Shown one piece after another: positions 27,720 through 36,418 of a stretch of DNA of 64,000 bases; positions within the stretch are counted from its first letter, which is position 1, and each line of letters starts with the position of its first letter. The translations under genes were made by a program, and so were the position numbers. The DNA is taken from the NCBI GenBank assembly GCA_032249395.1, contig JAVVFY010000001.1, positions 64,825 to 128,824 on the forward strand, read 5' to 3'. The DNA comes from Candidatus Aenigmatarchaeota archaeon (GTDB taxonomy: Archaea > Aenigmatarchaeota > Aenigmatarchaeia > CG10238-14 > SpSt-28). The notes below the pieces were generated by a model, which was given only the letters and a program-made list of their open reading frames with translations, was not told the DNA's origin and made no database searches.

Positions 27720-28634
27720 CTACTCAAGGAAAAAGCAATCATCAATGATGCTGTCCGAATCTTTATCAACGCCTCTAACAACTCTTGCGATACCATCTTT
27801 AAACTTATTCTCCTCTTCTAATTCCTTAGAATGCTTTATCAATGCTAAAGTTGCCGCTCTTGTTCCTTTGAATCTTCTTCCACAAAATAAAAAAACGTAG
27901 TTTTTGGGATTAAAAGGATTTTTCATTTTTATTATCAAACCGACGTCTTCGTCTCTATAAACAGTCTTAGTTAAAGTCGATACGATTTGCCAGTCGTTTT
28001 TTTCATCAAAGTATATTGGTAAGAATTTGTTAAGCTTATCGACAACCATGTTTGCTTTTGGCCCACCAACTAAAATTAAATTGTTTTTTAGATCTTCCTC
28101 GTCGATTTGGGTATCCAATTTGTAGTTTATTTCAACTTTTTTTAAGAAGCTACCAAGATAGAGAGCCAAATCAATAGCCGCATAACCATCGCTAGAGGCA
28201 GCGCCAAACCTTCCATGTGGATCTGGCGAACTTACAACAATTATCGAGTTCATTCTTCCATTTTTGATAAAAGGATGTAAGATTTCTGTTTCTTTTGGTC
28301 TTACAAAATGTTTTAATGGTTCGCCTTCAAATAGTTTAACCGCTAAATACGGATATTCAATTTTATAAATTTTTGTGAGCGCTCCAGCTCTTACTTCAGT
28401 TCTTTCAAGGGAGATCATTCCTGCTTTTTCTAATTTTCTTAAATGATAATATATTTTCTGCTCATGTTCGTTCAAAATTCTAGCTAGATCCATCGCGCAA
28501 GCTGGTTGTTTCGCCAATTCTCTTACTATTTTAATAGCTAGTTCGCTTCCAAAAACATTTAATTTTTTTATTTCCATCTCTTTTGCTCTATATATTTTTT
28601 CTTCGTTTTTGCTCTCTTTTATAAAATATTCCAT
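27720..28634 (-). CDS. ArsR-type winged-helix transcriptional regulator with a C-terminal domain of unknown function
   Basis: ELAIKIVRELAKQPACAMDLARILNEHEQKIYYHLRKLEKAGMI is a typical ArsR HTH. 304 aa. Confidence 0.6.
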   Translation of the reverse strand: MEYFIKESKNEEKIYRAKEMEIKKLNVFGSELAIKIVRELAKQPACAMDLARILNEHEQKIYYHLRKLEKAGMISLERTEVRAGALTKIYKIEYPYLAVKLFEGEPLKHFVRPKETEILHPFIKNGRMNSIIVVSSPDPHGRFGAASSDGYAAIDLALYLGSFLKKVEINYKLDTQIDEEDLKNNLILVGGPKANMVVDKLNKFLPIYFDEKNDWQIVSTLTKTVYRDEDVGLIIKMKNPFNPKNYVFLFCGRRFKGTRAATLALIKHSKELEEENKFKDGIARVVRGVDKDSDSIIDDCFFLE

Positions 28635-28772
28635 TGGTAAAATTGAATTTTTAACGTTATAAATATTTTTTTAATAGTTTTCATATAAAATTTTTAATTT
28701 AATGCGAATTTTTATTCGTCTTAAAAAAATCCATTTAGTAATGATTTTTATAGTAGATATTCATTCATTTTT

Positions 28773-28898
28773 ATGAATTGTTTAAGATGTAACTCGTTAA
28801 ACGTAACTTCATTAACATCCACATTTCCATTCGTGTATATCTGTAAAGATTGTGGCCTTACGTTTAACAAAAATTCAAATCCTTGGATAGATGAGTAG
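28773..28898 (+). CDS. Small zinc-ribbon protein (41 aa)
   Basis: My translation: MNCLRCNSLNVTSLTSTFPFVYICKDCGLTFNKNSNPWIDE*, with CxxC...CxxC. Its stop lies 1 nt before the glmS ATG. Confidence 0.4.
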   Translation: MNCLRCNSLNVTSLTSTFPFVYICKDCGLTFNKNSNPWIDE

Positions 28899-28899
28899 C

Positions 28900-30648
28900 A
28901 TGTGTGGAATAATTGGCTATATTGGCAATAAAAATGCAAACGTGATTGTATTAGATGGAATAAAGAGGCTCGAGTATAGAGGTTATGATAGTGTAGGAAC
29001 TTGTTTTATAAGCAATGAAAGGCTTGTTATCAAAAAGGACGTTGGAAAGATAGAAGAGGTTCATAAGAAATTAAACTTTCTTGAACCTAAAAGCAATATT
29101 GGGGTGGCACACACAAGATGGGCAACCCATGGTGGTGTAACTAGAGAAAACGCTCATCCCCACTCAGATTGCAACGAAAAAATAGCAATAGTTCACAATG
29201 GAATAATAGAAAACTATCAAGAAATAAAAGAGTTCTTAGAGTCAAAAGGCCATAAGTTCAAAAGTCAAACTGACAGCGAAGTTGCAGCTCATTTGATAGA
29301 AGAATTTAATAAAAAACTTGATTTTGAAAATGCTTGTAAAAAAGCTTTTTCAATGCTTCGTGGAAGTTTCGCAATTATAGCAATAAAAGAAGATGAGGAA
29401 AAAATTGTTGGAATAAGAAAAGATTCTCCTCTTGTTGTTGGAATAAACGAAGGTGAAAGTTTTGTAGCTAGTGATATTTATGCATTACTTCCTTTCACGA
29501 AAAATTTCATCTTCCTTCAAAATTACGATTTTGTAGTTTTAGAGAAGGGGAAAGTTAAGATAGAGAATTTGATTGATGGAAAAGTTGAGAGAAAAGTTGA
29601 GAGAATTGATATCAATGTTGAAGAAACGGATAAAAAAGATTTTCATCATTACATGATTAAAGAAATTTTGGAACAAGCAGATGTTTTTGAAAGAGCATTC
29701 TATCAAGATGAGAAAAAGATTGAAAAATTTATCGAAGAGATAAAAAGAGCTAAAAAAATATTTCTCGTTGCTGCTGGAACTTCTTACCATGCTTCTCTAG
29801 CTGGGAGTTATTTATTTTCAAAAGCAGGTATTCTTGCGAAACCTGTTATTGCTTCAGAATTTAACAATTTTTTGAATGTTGTCGATGAAAACACTCTAAT
29901 AATTGCTGTTTCTCAATCTGGAGAGACTGCAGACGTTCTTGATGCGATAAGAAAAGCAAAAGAAAGAAAAGCAAAGATATTTTCAATAGTTAATGTTTAT
30001 GGCTCTAGCTTAACAAGAGAAAGCGACGAGTTTTTGCTAACGAATGCTGGTTTTGAAATAGGCGTTGCCGCTACAAAAACATATATTGCTGAGTTGACAA
30101 TCTTTCTTTTACTCTATTCAAAATTGACAAATAAAAAAATAAACAAAGAAGAAATAAAGGCAAAAATTCTTGATTTGCTTTCAAGAAGTAGGAGAGAACA
30201 TGTAGAAAAGGTTGCTGAATTGTTAAAAGATAAGCAACATATATTTTTGATTGGAAGAGGTCTAGAATATGTAACGGCTTTGGAAGCTGCATTAAAAATA
30301 AAAGAAATTTCTTACATACATGCTGAAGCTTTTCCGGGAGGAGAAATAAAGCATGGAACAATCGCTCTTATAGAAAAAGATACCCCTTGCATTGTTTTTG
30401 TTGGTGAAGAAAAAGAGAAAATATTATCAAATGCTGAAGAGTTAAAGGCAAGAGGAGGTTTTATAATTGGCGTTTCAGAAGAAAAAGAGAAAATTTTCGA
30501 CATTTGGATTAAAGTTCCGCAAGATGGAGAAGCCTCTCTAATATATCAAATAATTCCGATGCAACTTTTAGCTTATAGGCTAGCTGTTTTAAGAGGATTC
30601 GATCCTGATAAACCGAGAAATCTTGCAAAATCTGTTACGGTTTTGTAG
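28900..30648 (+). CDS. glmS: Glutamine--fructose-6-phosphate aminotransferase
   Basis: MCGIIGYIG has the N-terminal nucleophile Cys2, so the start is 28900 and not 28891. Two SIS domains, and the C-terminus reads DKPRNLAKSVTV. Confidence 0.95.
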   Translation: MCGIIGYIGNKNANVIVLDGIKRLEYRGYDSVGTCFISNERLVIKKDVGKIEEVHKKLNFLEPKSNIGVAHTRWATHGGVTRENAHPHSDCNEKIAIVHNGIIENYQEIKEFLESKGHKFKSQTDSEVAAHLIEEFNKKLDFENACKKAFSMLRGSFAIIAIKEDEEKIVGIRKDSPLVVGINEGESFVASDIYALLPFTKNFIFLQNYDFVVLEKGKVKIENLIDGKVERKVERIDINVEETDKKDFHHYMIKEILEQADVFERAFYQDEKKIEKFIEEIKRAKKIFLVAAGTSYHASLAGSYLFSKAGILAKPVIASEFNNFLNVVDENTLIIAVSQSGETADVLDAIRKAKERKAKIFSIVNVYGSSLTRESDEFLLTNAGFEIGVAATKTYIAELTIFLLLYSKLTNKKINKEEIKAKILDLLSRSRREHVEKVAELLKDKQHIFLIGRGLEYVTALEAALKIKEISYIHAEAFPGGEIKHGTIALIEKDTPCIVFVGEEKEKILSNAEELKARGGFIIGVSEEKEKIFDIWIKVPQDGEASLIYQIIPMQLLAYRLAVLRGFDPDKPRNLAKSVTVL

Positions 30649-30659
30649 GAAGTGGTTAA

Positions 30660-30992
30660 ATGGATTTTAAAGAAAAAACAATTGAAACTGTGGGGGTAAG
30701 AATCTATGTTGAGGAAAATGGTATAGAGATCGGAAGATGCTTCATCTACTTAATTAAAAATGATCTGCATGAAGAACCATATGCCTTGCTTGAAGATGTA
30801 TATGTTGATGAGAATTTTAGAGGAAAAGGAATTGGAACGGAATTGGTGAAGAGGGCAATAGAACTTGCAAGAAAATTGAATTGTTACAAAATAATTGCAA
30901 CAAGCAGGTTTGAAAGAGAAAATGTTCACGAATGGTATCAAAAACTAGGATTTAAAAAATTTGGTTATGAGTTTAGAATGGATTTAAAGTGA
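30660..30992 (+). CDS. GNAT-family N-acetyltransferase
   Basis: The acetyl-CoA binding motif is VDENFRGKGIGTELVKRAIELAR. 110 aa. Confidence 0.8.
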   Translation: MDFKEKTIETVGVRIYVEENGIEIGRCFIYLIKNDLHEEPYALLEDVYVDENFRGKGIGTELVKRAIELARKLNCYKIIATSRFERENVHEWYQKLGFKKFGYEFRMDLK

Positions 30993-31700
30993 GAAAAATA
31001 CAGACAATAATTTTAGCTGTAGGAGAAGGAGTAAGATTAAGACCTTATACTCAATTAATTCCAAAGCCCCTGATGACTATAAATGGTATTCCCTTGTTAA
31101 CTTTTCATATAGATAAATTAAACTCATTGGGAATTCCAAATGAAAAAATAATTGTTGTTGTTTCACATCTGAAAGAAGAGGGATTGTGTTTTCTCAATAG
31201 ATTTCATAAAAGAGTGAGAGTTGTTGCACAAGGGGAGAAAAAAGGTACAGCAGCTGCTGTAAGCTATGCAAAAAATCTTATCGACGATAATGAAATAGTA
31301 ATTGTTTATATTGACATAATTTTTTAAGGCGATCTTAAAGATTTTATTCGAGAAGAAAATGCTATTGGTGTTTATGAAGTTGGAGAATGTTTCTCATTTG
31401 GGTTAAATAGTTTTAGAAGATGCTTATTTAAAGGAAATTAAATAAAAAGCTGAAACCGGAAGAGTATTCATATTTGTTGGCTTAGTTAAAACGAAAAGAG
31501 AATTCTTAGAAGAAGTAGATAAAGTTAAACGAAGTGAAAAAAGTGGAGAATATTATCTGAAGTATGCTATAGTGTCTTTTAATCAGAAACATATCTTCAA
31601 AATTTATTCATTAAAGGGAAGATGGTTTGATGTAGGAAAAGAAGAAAGTCTAATAAAAGCAAGAAGAGTTTTTAATTTTCTAGACAATTCTTTTAAATGA
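30989..31700 (+). pseudogene. Sugar-1-phosphate nucleotidyltransferase (GlmU/RmlA-like N-terminal domain), decayed
   Basis: MRKIQTIILAVGEGVRLRPYT...PKPL carries the signature. Then come DIIF*GDLKDFI..YEVGE, a frameshift, NVSHLG*IVLEDAYLKEIK*KAETG...GEYYLKYAI...GRWFDVG...*. That is three in-frame TAA codons and one frameshift. The final stop overlaps the tatD ATG. Confidence 0.7.
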
Positions 31701-32461
31701 TTGATGTTCATTGCCATTTAGAACATGAAAAATTTAGAAACAATAAAGAGATTATCCAATCTTTTAGAAAATATTTAAAAGCTATAATAACTTCTTCCCC
31801 ACATCCAAAAGATTTCGAATATACACTAAATTTGAAAAAAGAGTTTGAAGGCTTTGTATTTGCATGCGTTGGTTTACATCCAGAATATATTGAAGAATTT
31901 TCTGAAGAAACTTTAGATAACTTTGAAGAATTTGTAAAGACTAACAAAAACGATATAATTTCAATTGGTGAAATTGGCTTGGATTATTTTTGGATAAAAG
32001 ATGAGAAATTGAGAGAAAAGCAAAAATGGTTGTTTGAAAAATTAATCGAATTTGCAAAAAGTGTTAGCAAACCAATAACTGTTCATATAAGAGATGCTTA
32101 CGAAGATGCATTAAAGATTTTGGAAGGTATAGACTATCAAAAGGTTCATCTTCACATGTTTGGAGGAGATAAATTTTTGGATAAAGTTCTTGCAAACGAA
32201 TGGAAAATTTCAGTTGGACCGATACTGCTAAGAAGTAAAACTCATAAGAAAATAGTAAAAAAATTACCATTAGAAAGAATAATGTTAGAAACCGATTCGC
32301 CTTGGATAAAAATAGATGGAAAGGAAAGCATGCCAATAGATGTTAAAATTGTTGCTGAAAAAATTGCTGAGGTGAAAAATGTTTCATTAGAAGAAGTAGA
32401 AAGAAAAACTGATGAAAATGCAATTTCTCTGTTTAAATTAGAGCTACTTTACAAGCCCTAA
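31697..32461 (+). CDS. tatD: TatD-family metal-dependent hydrolase/DNase
   Basis: IDVHCHL, GEIGLDY, HIRDA, HMFGG and ETDSPW motifs. Confidence 0.9.
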   Translation: MIDVHCHLEHEKFRNNKEIIQSFRKYLKAIITSSPHPKDFEYTLNLKKEFEGFVFACVGLHPEYIEEFSEETLDNFEEFVKTNKNDIISIGEIGLDYFWIKDEKLREKQKWLFEKLIEFAKSVSKPITVHIRDAYEDALKILEGIDYQKVHLHMFGGDKFLDKVLANEWKISVGPILLRSKTHKKIVKKLPLERIMLETDSPWIKIDGKESMPIDVKIVAEKIAEVKNVSLEEVERKTDENAISLFKLELLYKP

Positions 32462-33139
32462 ATTTTTCAATCCTTCAATTATTTTCTCCACAATTATTTC
32501 TGGTGGTCTATTCATCCAAACCTCAACAAAAGGAACTTTATTTTTTCTCTTTCTTTCATAATACTCCAAAACAGGCTTGCTTTGCTCTTCGTAAATTCTC
32601 AATCTCTCTTTAACAACTTCTGGCTTATCATCCTCTCTTTGAATCAGAGGCGAACCACATTTATCACACTTCATATCTTCTTTTGGCAACAAGGGAGGTA
32701 GTATGTATTCTATCCCATCTATCGTTTTATGAATATCGGCAATATTGTAATTGCCGTCACATTTCGGATTTGAGCAAATTCTTCTGCCGGAAATTTTTTC
32801 TATTAAAACCTCCGGATGGGCGTTAATTTTTATTATTGCATCTATTTTTACCATCTTGTCTAAAGCTTTGGCTTGTTTAACAGTTCTAGGGAAACCATCA
32901 AGTATGAAATTATTTAAATTCTTTATTTTTTCTTTAACCACTTCTATAACTATTTCATCTGGAACTAATTCTCCTTTTTTCAGATAATCTTCTACTTTTC
33001 TCCCCAATTCACTTCCTTTTTTCACTTCCTCTCTAAAAATATCTCCAGTTGAAATTTTTTCTAAGCCAAACCTTTCTTTTAGATGAGAAGAATAAGTTCC
33101 TTTTCCTGAACCGGGGGGACCAAAAATTATTAACTTCAT
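32444..33139 (-). CDS. adk: Adenylate kinase (long type with Zn lid)
   Basis: MKLIIFGPPGSGKGT P-loop and a CSNPKC...CDKCG lid. The start is taken at the internal ATG 33137-33139; the 29-codon upstream extension in the ORF track is unlikely to be real. Confidence 0.9.
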   Translation of the reverse strand: MKLIIFGPPGSGKGTYSSHLKERFGLEKISTGDIFREEVKKGSELGRKVEDYLKKGELVPDEIVIEVVKEKIKNLNNFILDGFPRTVKQAKALDKMVKIDAIIKINAHPEVLIEKISGRRICSNPKCDGNYNIADIHKTIDGIEYILPPLLPKEDMKCDKCGSPLIQREDDKPEVVKERLRIYEEQSKPVLEYYERKRKNKVPFVEVWMNRPPEIIVEKIIEGLKNLGLVK

Positions 33140-33278
33140 TACAAATATTAATTCAGTGCTTAAAAATTTTATCTGTTTTGAAAAAATAAGAACGACGTCT
33201 GTTGTATAGATACACCTGATTTTCAATTTTCATCTTCTAACTTTCTTTGCTTATTAAATTCTTAGCAACAAAGAAAAT

Positions 33279-33413
33279 TCAAGTTTTAGTGAATTCAGTA
33301 TAATGACATTTTCCACAATACCATCTGTTTACATGTTTAGCCATTATGCTGTTACATTTTGGGCATCTTTTATTGCTTAGCGCTTTGCTCACTTTTGACT
33401 GGCTATGTTTCAA
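33279..33413 (-). CDS. rps27ae: Ribosomal protein S27ae (eS31), short form
   Basis: My translation: (TTG)[44 protein letters not shown]. It has the CPxC...CGKC zinc ribbon and sits at the conserved position after S24e. The start is uncertain (TTG 33413 or GTG 33392). Confidence 0.6.
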   Translation of the reverse strand: MKHSQSKVSKALSNKRCPKCNSIMAKHVNRWYCGKCHYTEFTKT

Positions 33414-33654
33414 CTTTCTTCACCTCTACATTTTCATCGTAAATTTTTGCTTTTATTAAACTTTCAGCTAAACCAACTTTAGAAAGGATAAAGTCTATTT
33501 TTATTTGAGACTCGTCTACTTTAAACTTCTCCTTTAAGAAATTTTTTATTGTTTCTTTTGATGGTGTTGCTTCATTTTCATGTCTGACTAAAATTTTTAG
33601 TTCTCTTCTTTTCAAGAAGGGATTATATTTCTCTTCTTGAATTGTTATCTCCAT
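33403..33654 (-). CDS. rps24e: Ribosomal protein S24e (eS24)
   Basis: [36 protein letters not shown]... The start is taken at ATG 33652-33654, just after the spt4 stop. Confidence 0.85.
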   Translation of the reverse strand: MEITIQEEKYNPFLKRRELKILVRHENEATPSKETIKNFLKEKFKVDESQIKIDFILSKVGLAESLIKAKIYDENVEVKKVET

Positions 33655-33658
33655 TTTC

Positions 33659-33844
33659 TCAACCCACATATATAGCATATCTTCCTTTTTCTTTAATTTC
33701 CAACGTCTTTGCGATTTCACTTTCCGGATCTAAAATTATTAAAGAACCCTTCCAACTTGTTGTTAAATCTGTAGACCCACAGTATGGGCAAACTTTTTCT
33801 GTTGTTATTCTTTTGCATTTTCTACAAGCTTGTAATCTTTTCAT
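33659..33844 (-). CDS. spt4: Transcription elongation factor Spt4 (RpoE'')
   Basis: MKRLQACRKCKRITTEKVCPYCGS...WKGSLIILDPESEIAK. An alternative GTG start at 33853 overlaps the rpo7 stop. Confidence 0.85.
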   Translation of the reverse strand: MKRLQACRKCKRITTEKVCPYCGSTDLTTSWKGSLIILDPESEIAKTLEIKEKGRYAIYVG

Positions 33845-33849
33845 GTTTA

Positions 33850-34380
33850 TCACTTCCTCTTAAACCAATGTAAAGCCCCTAAGCCTTGTTGCCTCATTGT
33901 TAATCCAATCTTATTTTGTTCTTTCCATGAAATAGAAATTATCCTAGCTAAAACTTTATCGCCAATTTTCAAAGTCTTTTTTGTTTGCTTACCAAGGAAT
34001 ACAGAATTTTTTTTGTCGAAAGAAACATAATCATCCATCAATTGAGAAATGTGAACCAAACCATCTATAGGCCCAATCCTAATGAAAGAACCAAAATCTA
34101 CATTATCAACAACTTCCCCTATTACTAGCTCATGCAATTCTGGTTTAAAGACCAGCATTTTAAAAGTCGTTTGGTAATAAACGTTAGGGTCTGCTGGATA
34201 AATTTTTCCTTCTTCAATTTTATCTATCGAAACCAAAGATAGAAAAATCAAACCGCTTTTTGGATCAATTTTCCCTTCTAAACTTTCTTCTATCGCTTTT
34301 TCTATCGCTTCTCTAGCGGACAAACCAAGTTTTTCTGGGGTTACTTTAATTTTTTCCTTAATTGTAACTATTTTATACAT
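33850..34380 (-). CDS. rpoE: RNA polymerase subunit Rpo7 (E')
   Basis: MYKIVTIKEKIKVTPEKLG... with an S1 domain (GEVVDNVDFGSFIRIGPIDGLVHISQL). Confidence 0.85.
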   Translation of the reverse strand: MYKIVTIKEKIKVTPEKLGLSAREAIEKAIEESLEGKIDPKSGLIFLSLVSIDKIEEGKIYPADPNVYYQTTFKMLVFKPELHELVIGEVVDNVDFGSFIRIGPIDGLVHISQLMDDYVSFDKKNSVFLGKQTKKTLKIGDKVLARIISISWKEQNKIGLTMRQQGLGALHWFKRK

Positions 34381-34385
34381 TCTAA

Positions 34386-34910
34386 TCAACCAAACTTCTT
34401 TTTATAAGCTTCTTTTGCTTTTTCAATAATTTCTTTCGCTTTTTCCACACCTTGCCACTCTTTAAACTTAACAAATTTTCCTGGTTCTAGTCTCTTGTAA
34501 CTCTCGAAGAAATCTTGAATTTCCTTTTTCAAATGTTCATTCAAATCGTCTATTGATTTAATATTCTTAAATCTCGGATCCTTTACAGGAACAGCGACAA
34601 TTTTATCATCAATTCCTTTTTCATCCTCCATTATTATAACTCCTATTGGTCTTGCCTTAACTACACAACCAGGAAAGGTTGGATAGGTTGTTAGCAAAAC
34701 AACATCAACAGGATCTTCATCTTCGTGCCAAGTTCTTGGAATAAAACCATAATCAAACGGCCAGAAAACCGGAGAATATAAAACTCTATCTAAAGAAAAA
34801 TATCCCTTTTCATTGTCATATTCAATTTTATTGGAGCTTCCTTTCACATTTTCAACAACAACATTTATTTCCTCGCTACTGCCAGCATCAATATCGTGCA
34901 TAAGATTCAT
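34386..34910 (-). CDS. ppa: Inorganic pyrophosphatase, family I
   Basis: KIEYD...DRVLYSP..WPFDYGFIP.T...D.DPVDVVLL motifs. Confidence 0.9.
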   Translation of the reverse strand: MNLMHDIDAGSSEEINVVVENVKGSSNKIEYDNEKGYFSLDRVLYSPVFWPFDYGFIPRTWHEDEDPVDVVLLTTYPTFPGCVVKARPIGVIIMEDEKGIDDKIVAVPVKDPRFKNIKSIDDLNEHLKKEIQDFFESYKRLEPGKFVKFKEWQGVEKAKEIIEKAKEAYKKKFG

Positions 34911-35288
34911 TCACATCACCTCTATCTTCTTTTTATTTCTTAGACAAATAATTCTTACATTTTCCTTTTTTAATTTCTCCTTTAAATCTTTATCGTTAGT
35001 GGCAACAATAAAACCTTCTTTTTTCGCTAACTCAAGCAAATCTTCATCGACTTCCTTTTTTAAAGATTGAACAATCTTAATTTTTTGAGTTTCTATTAGC
35101 TTTAAAACAACTATAGCCAATCTTCCCTCTTTCGTTTTTCTATTTGCCATTGATGTTATCTCTCTCAAAGTTTCTGAACTTATGAATAGCTCTACACTTT
35201 CATCAAGTTCTTGAAAGATTGAAAAATCTAATTTATAACGAAGCATATCTAGCAAAAAGTTTGTATCAAGCAAAATTTTTAATGTCAT
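34911..35288 (-). CDS. PIN-domain nuclease (Fcf1/Utp24-like)
   Basis: ILLDTNFLL ... VATNDKDLKEKL gives the acidic PIN residues. 125 aa. Confidence 0.7.
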   Translation of the reverse strand: MTLKILLDTNFLLDMLRYKLDFSIFQELDESVELFISSETLREITSMANRKTKEGRLAIVVLKLIETQKIKIVQSLKKEVDEDLLELAKKEGFIVATNDKDLKEKLKKENVRIICLRNKKKIEVM

Positions 35289-35293
35289 TAAAC

Positions 35294-35302
35294 TATTTAA
35301 AT
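35294..35302 (+). promoter_or_regulatory. TATA-box-like element of the pilin gene (duplicated at 35882-35890)
   Basis: tatttaaat is centred about 25 nt upstream of ATG 35323, which is consistent with a leaderless transcript. Inference from archaeal promoter architecture. Confidence 0.4.
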
Positions 35303-35322
35303 GCCAAAAATAAGAAAATTTT

Positions 35323-35712
35323 ATGAAAGGTATAAGCGATGTAATTGCTATGCTTTTGATGCTAGTAATAACAATTGGACTAGTGGGGCTAGCTTATTCT
35401 TATATTAGTGGAGTTTTTACATCAAAGACGGCAGTAGTTTTAAGCATAGTACCTGAGGCTTCATCTTGCACGCCAAGCACTCTAAACATTGCGGTAAGAA
35501 ATGACGGAACTACTGCTTCTGGAGGTGTTACCGTTACTGTTACTAGCCCAGGTGGAGCTTCTGGAAGCTGTAGTATTGCAAGCATTCAGCCTGGTCAGCA
35601 AGCAAGTTGTAGTGTAAGTAGAGGTACTACCCTAACAGGTTCTGGTTATTATAGAATTGTAGCTACCACAAGTGGTTCAACAGCAAATGGAATAGTATAT
35701 TGCGCTTCTTAA
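35323..35712 (+). CDS. Archaeal type IV pilin-like protein (class III signal peptide), copy A
   Basis: MKGISDVIAMLLMLVITIGLVGLAYSYISG has a KG|IS prepilin-peptidase-type site plus a hydrophobic helix. The globular part is S/T/G-rich. Confidence 0.8.
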   Translation: MKGISDVIAMLLMLVITIGLVGLAYSYISGVFTSKTAVVLSIVPEASSCTPSTLNIAVRNDGTTASGGVTVTVTSPGGASGSCSIASIQPGQQASCSVSRGTTLTGSGYYRIVATTSGSTANGIVYCAS

Positions 35713-35868
35713 GTCTCTTTTTTATTTTTTATTAACAACGTTTTCATATCTAGATTTTCTTATTTTTATGGTTTGTAAATTTTCATAATTAAGAAATTAT
35801 GCAAGAAGTGACGGAACTACTGCTTCAGTACCATCTAACATAAATTGACTGTGCCTAATAGGATTCTC

Positions 35869-36300
35869 AATGTCATTAAACTATTTAAATGCCAAAAATA
35901 AGAAAATTTTATGAAAGGTATAAGCGATGTAATTGCTATGCTTTTGATGCTAGTAATAACAATTGGACTAGTGGGGCTAGCTTATTCTTATATTAGTGGA
36001 GTTTTTACATCAAAGACGGCAGTAGTTTTAAGCATAGTACCTGAGGCTTCATCTTGCACGCCAAGCACTCTAAACATTGCGGTAAGAAATGACGGAACTA
36101 CTGCTTCTGGAGGTGTTACCGTTACTGTTACTAGCCCAGGTGGAGCTTCTGGAAGCTGTAGTATTGCAAGCATTCAGCCTGGTCAGCAAGCAAGTTGTAG
36201 TGTAAGTAGAGGTACTACCCTAACAGGTTCTGGTTATTATAGAATTGTAGCTACCACAAGTGGTTCAACAGCAAATGGAATGGTATATTGTGCTTCTTAA
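35869..36300. repeat. Copy 2 of the 432-bp duplication
   Basis: See copy 1; the offset is 588 bp. Confidence 0.9.
35911..36300 (+). CDS. Archaeal type IV pilin-like protein, copy B
   Basis: 129 aa, differing from copy A only by I124M. Confidence 0.8.
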   Translation: MKGISDVIAMLLMLVITIGLVGLAYSYISGVFTSKTAVVLSIVPEASSCTPSTLNIAVRNDGTTASGGVTVTVTSPGGASGSCSIASIQPGQQASCSVSRGTTLTGSGYYRIVATTSGSTANGMVYCAS

Positions 36301-36418
36301 ATTTAATATTTTTCGTTTTTTTTATCTATCTATTTTAAATTATGTATGAAGGAGGTTTCGGAAATACTCTCTTATCTTTTTTTGTAAATAAATAGACCTC
36401 GGAGTTGTAAAAATCTTT

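Larger units (their letters stand above)
35281..35712. repeat. Copy 1 of a 432-bp near-identical direct duplication (promoter + pilin gene)
   Basis: Identical to 35869-36300 except for two substitutions (35694 a/g, 35703 c/t). Confidence 0.9.

Noticed and set aside
28635-28899. A possible glmS ribozyme or riboswitch in the long AT-rich region upstream of glmS.
   Set aside because: None of the conserved GC-rich glmS ribozyme core is visible. That element is bacterial. The region instead contains a plausible 41-aa zinc-ribbon ORF.
1481-31700. Stop-codon reassignment (TGA, TAG or TAA read as sense) to explain in-frame stops in the ligase, HepT and NTP-transferase genes.
   Set aside because: All three stop codons are involved. 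The same genes also carry frameshifts or truncations. Intact neighbouring genes terminate normally on TAA, TAG and TGA at the expected positions.
33140-33226. A 29-codon N-terminal extension of adenylate kinase in the ORF track.
   Set aside because: The P-loop normally starts within the first ~10 residues (MKLIIFGPPGSGKG). The extension is hydrophobic junk with no support.
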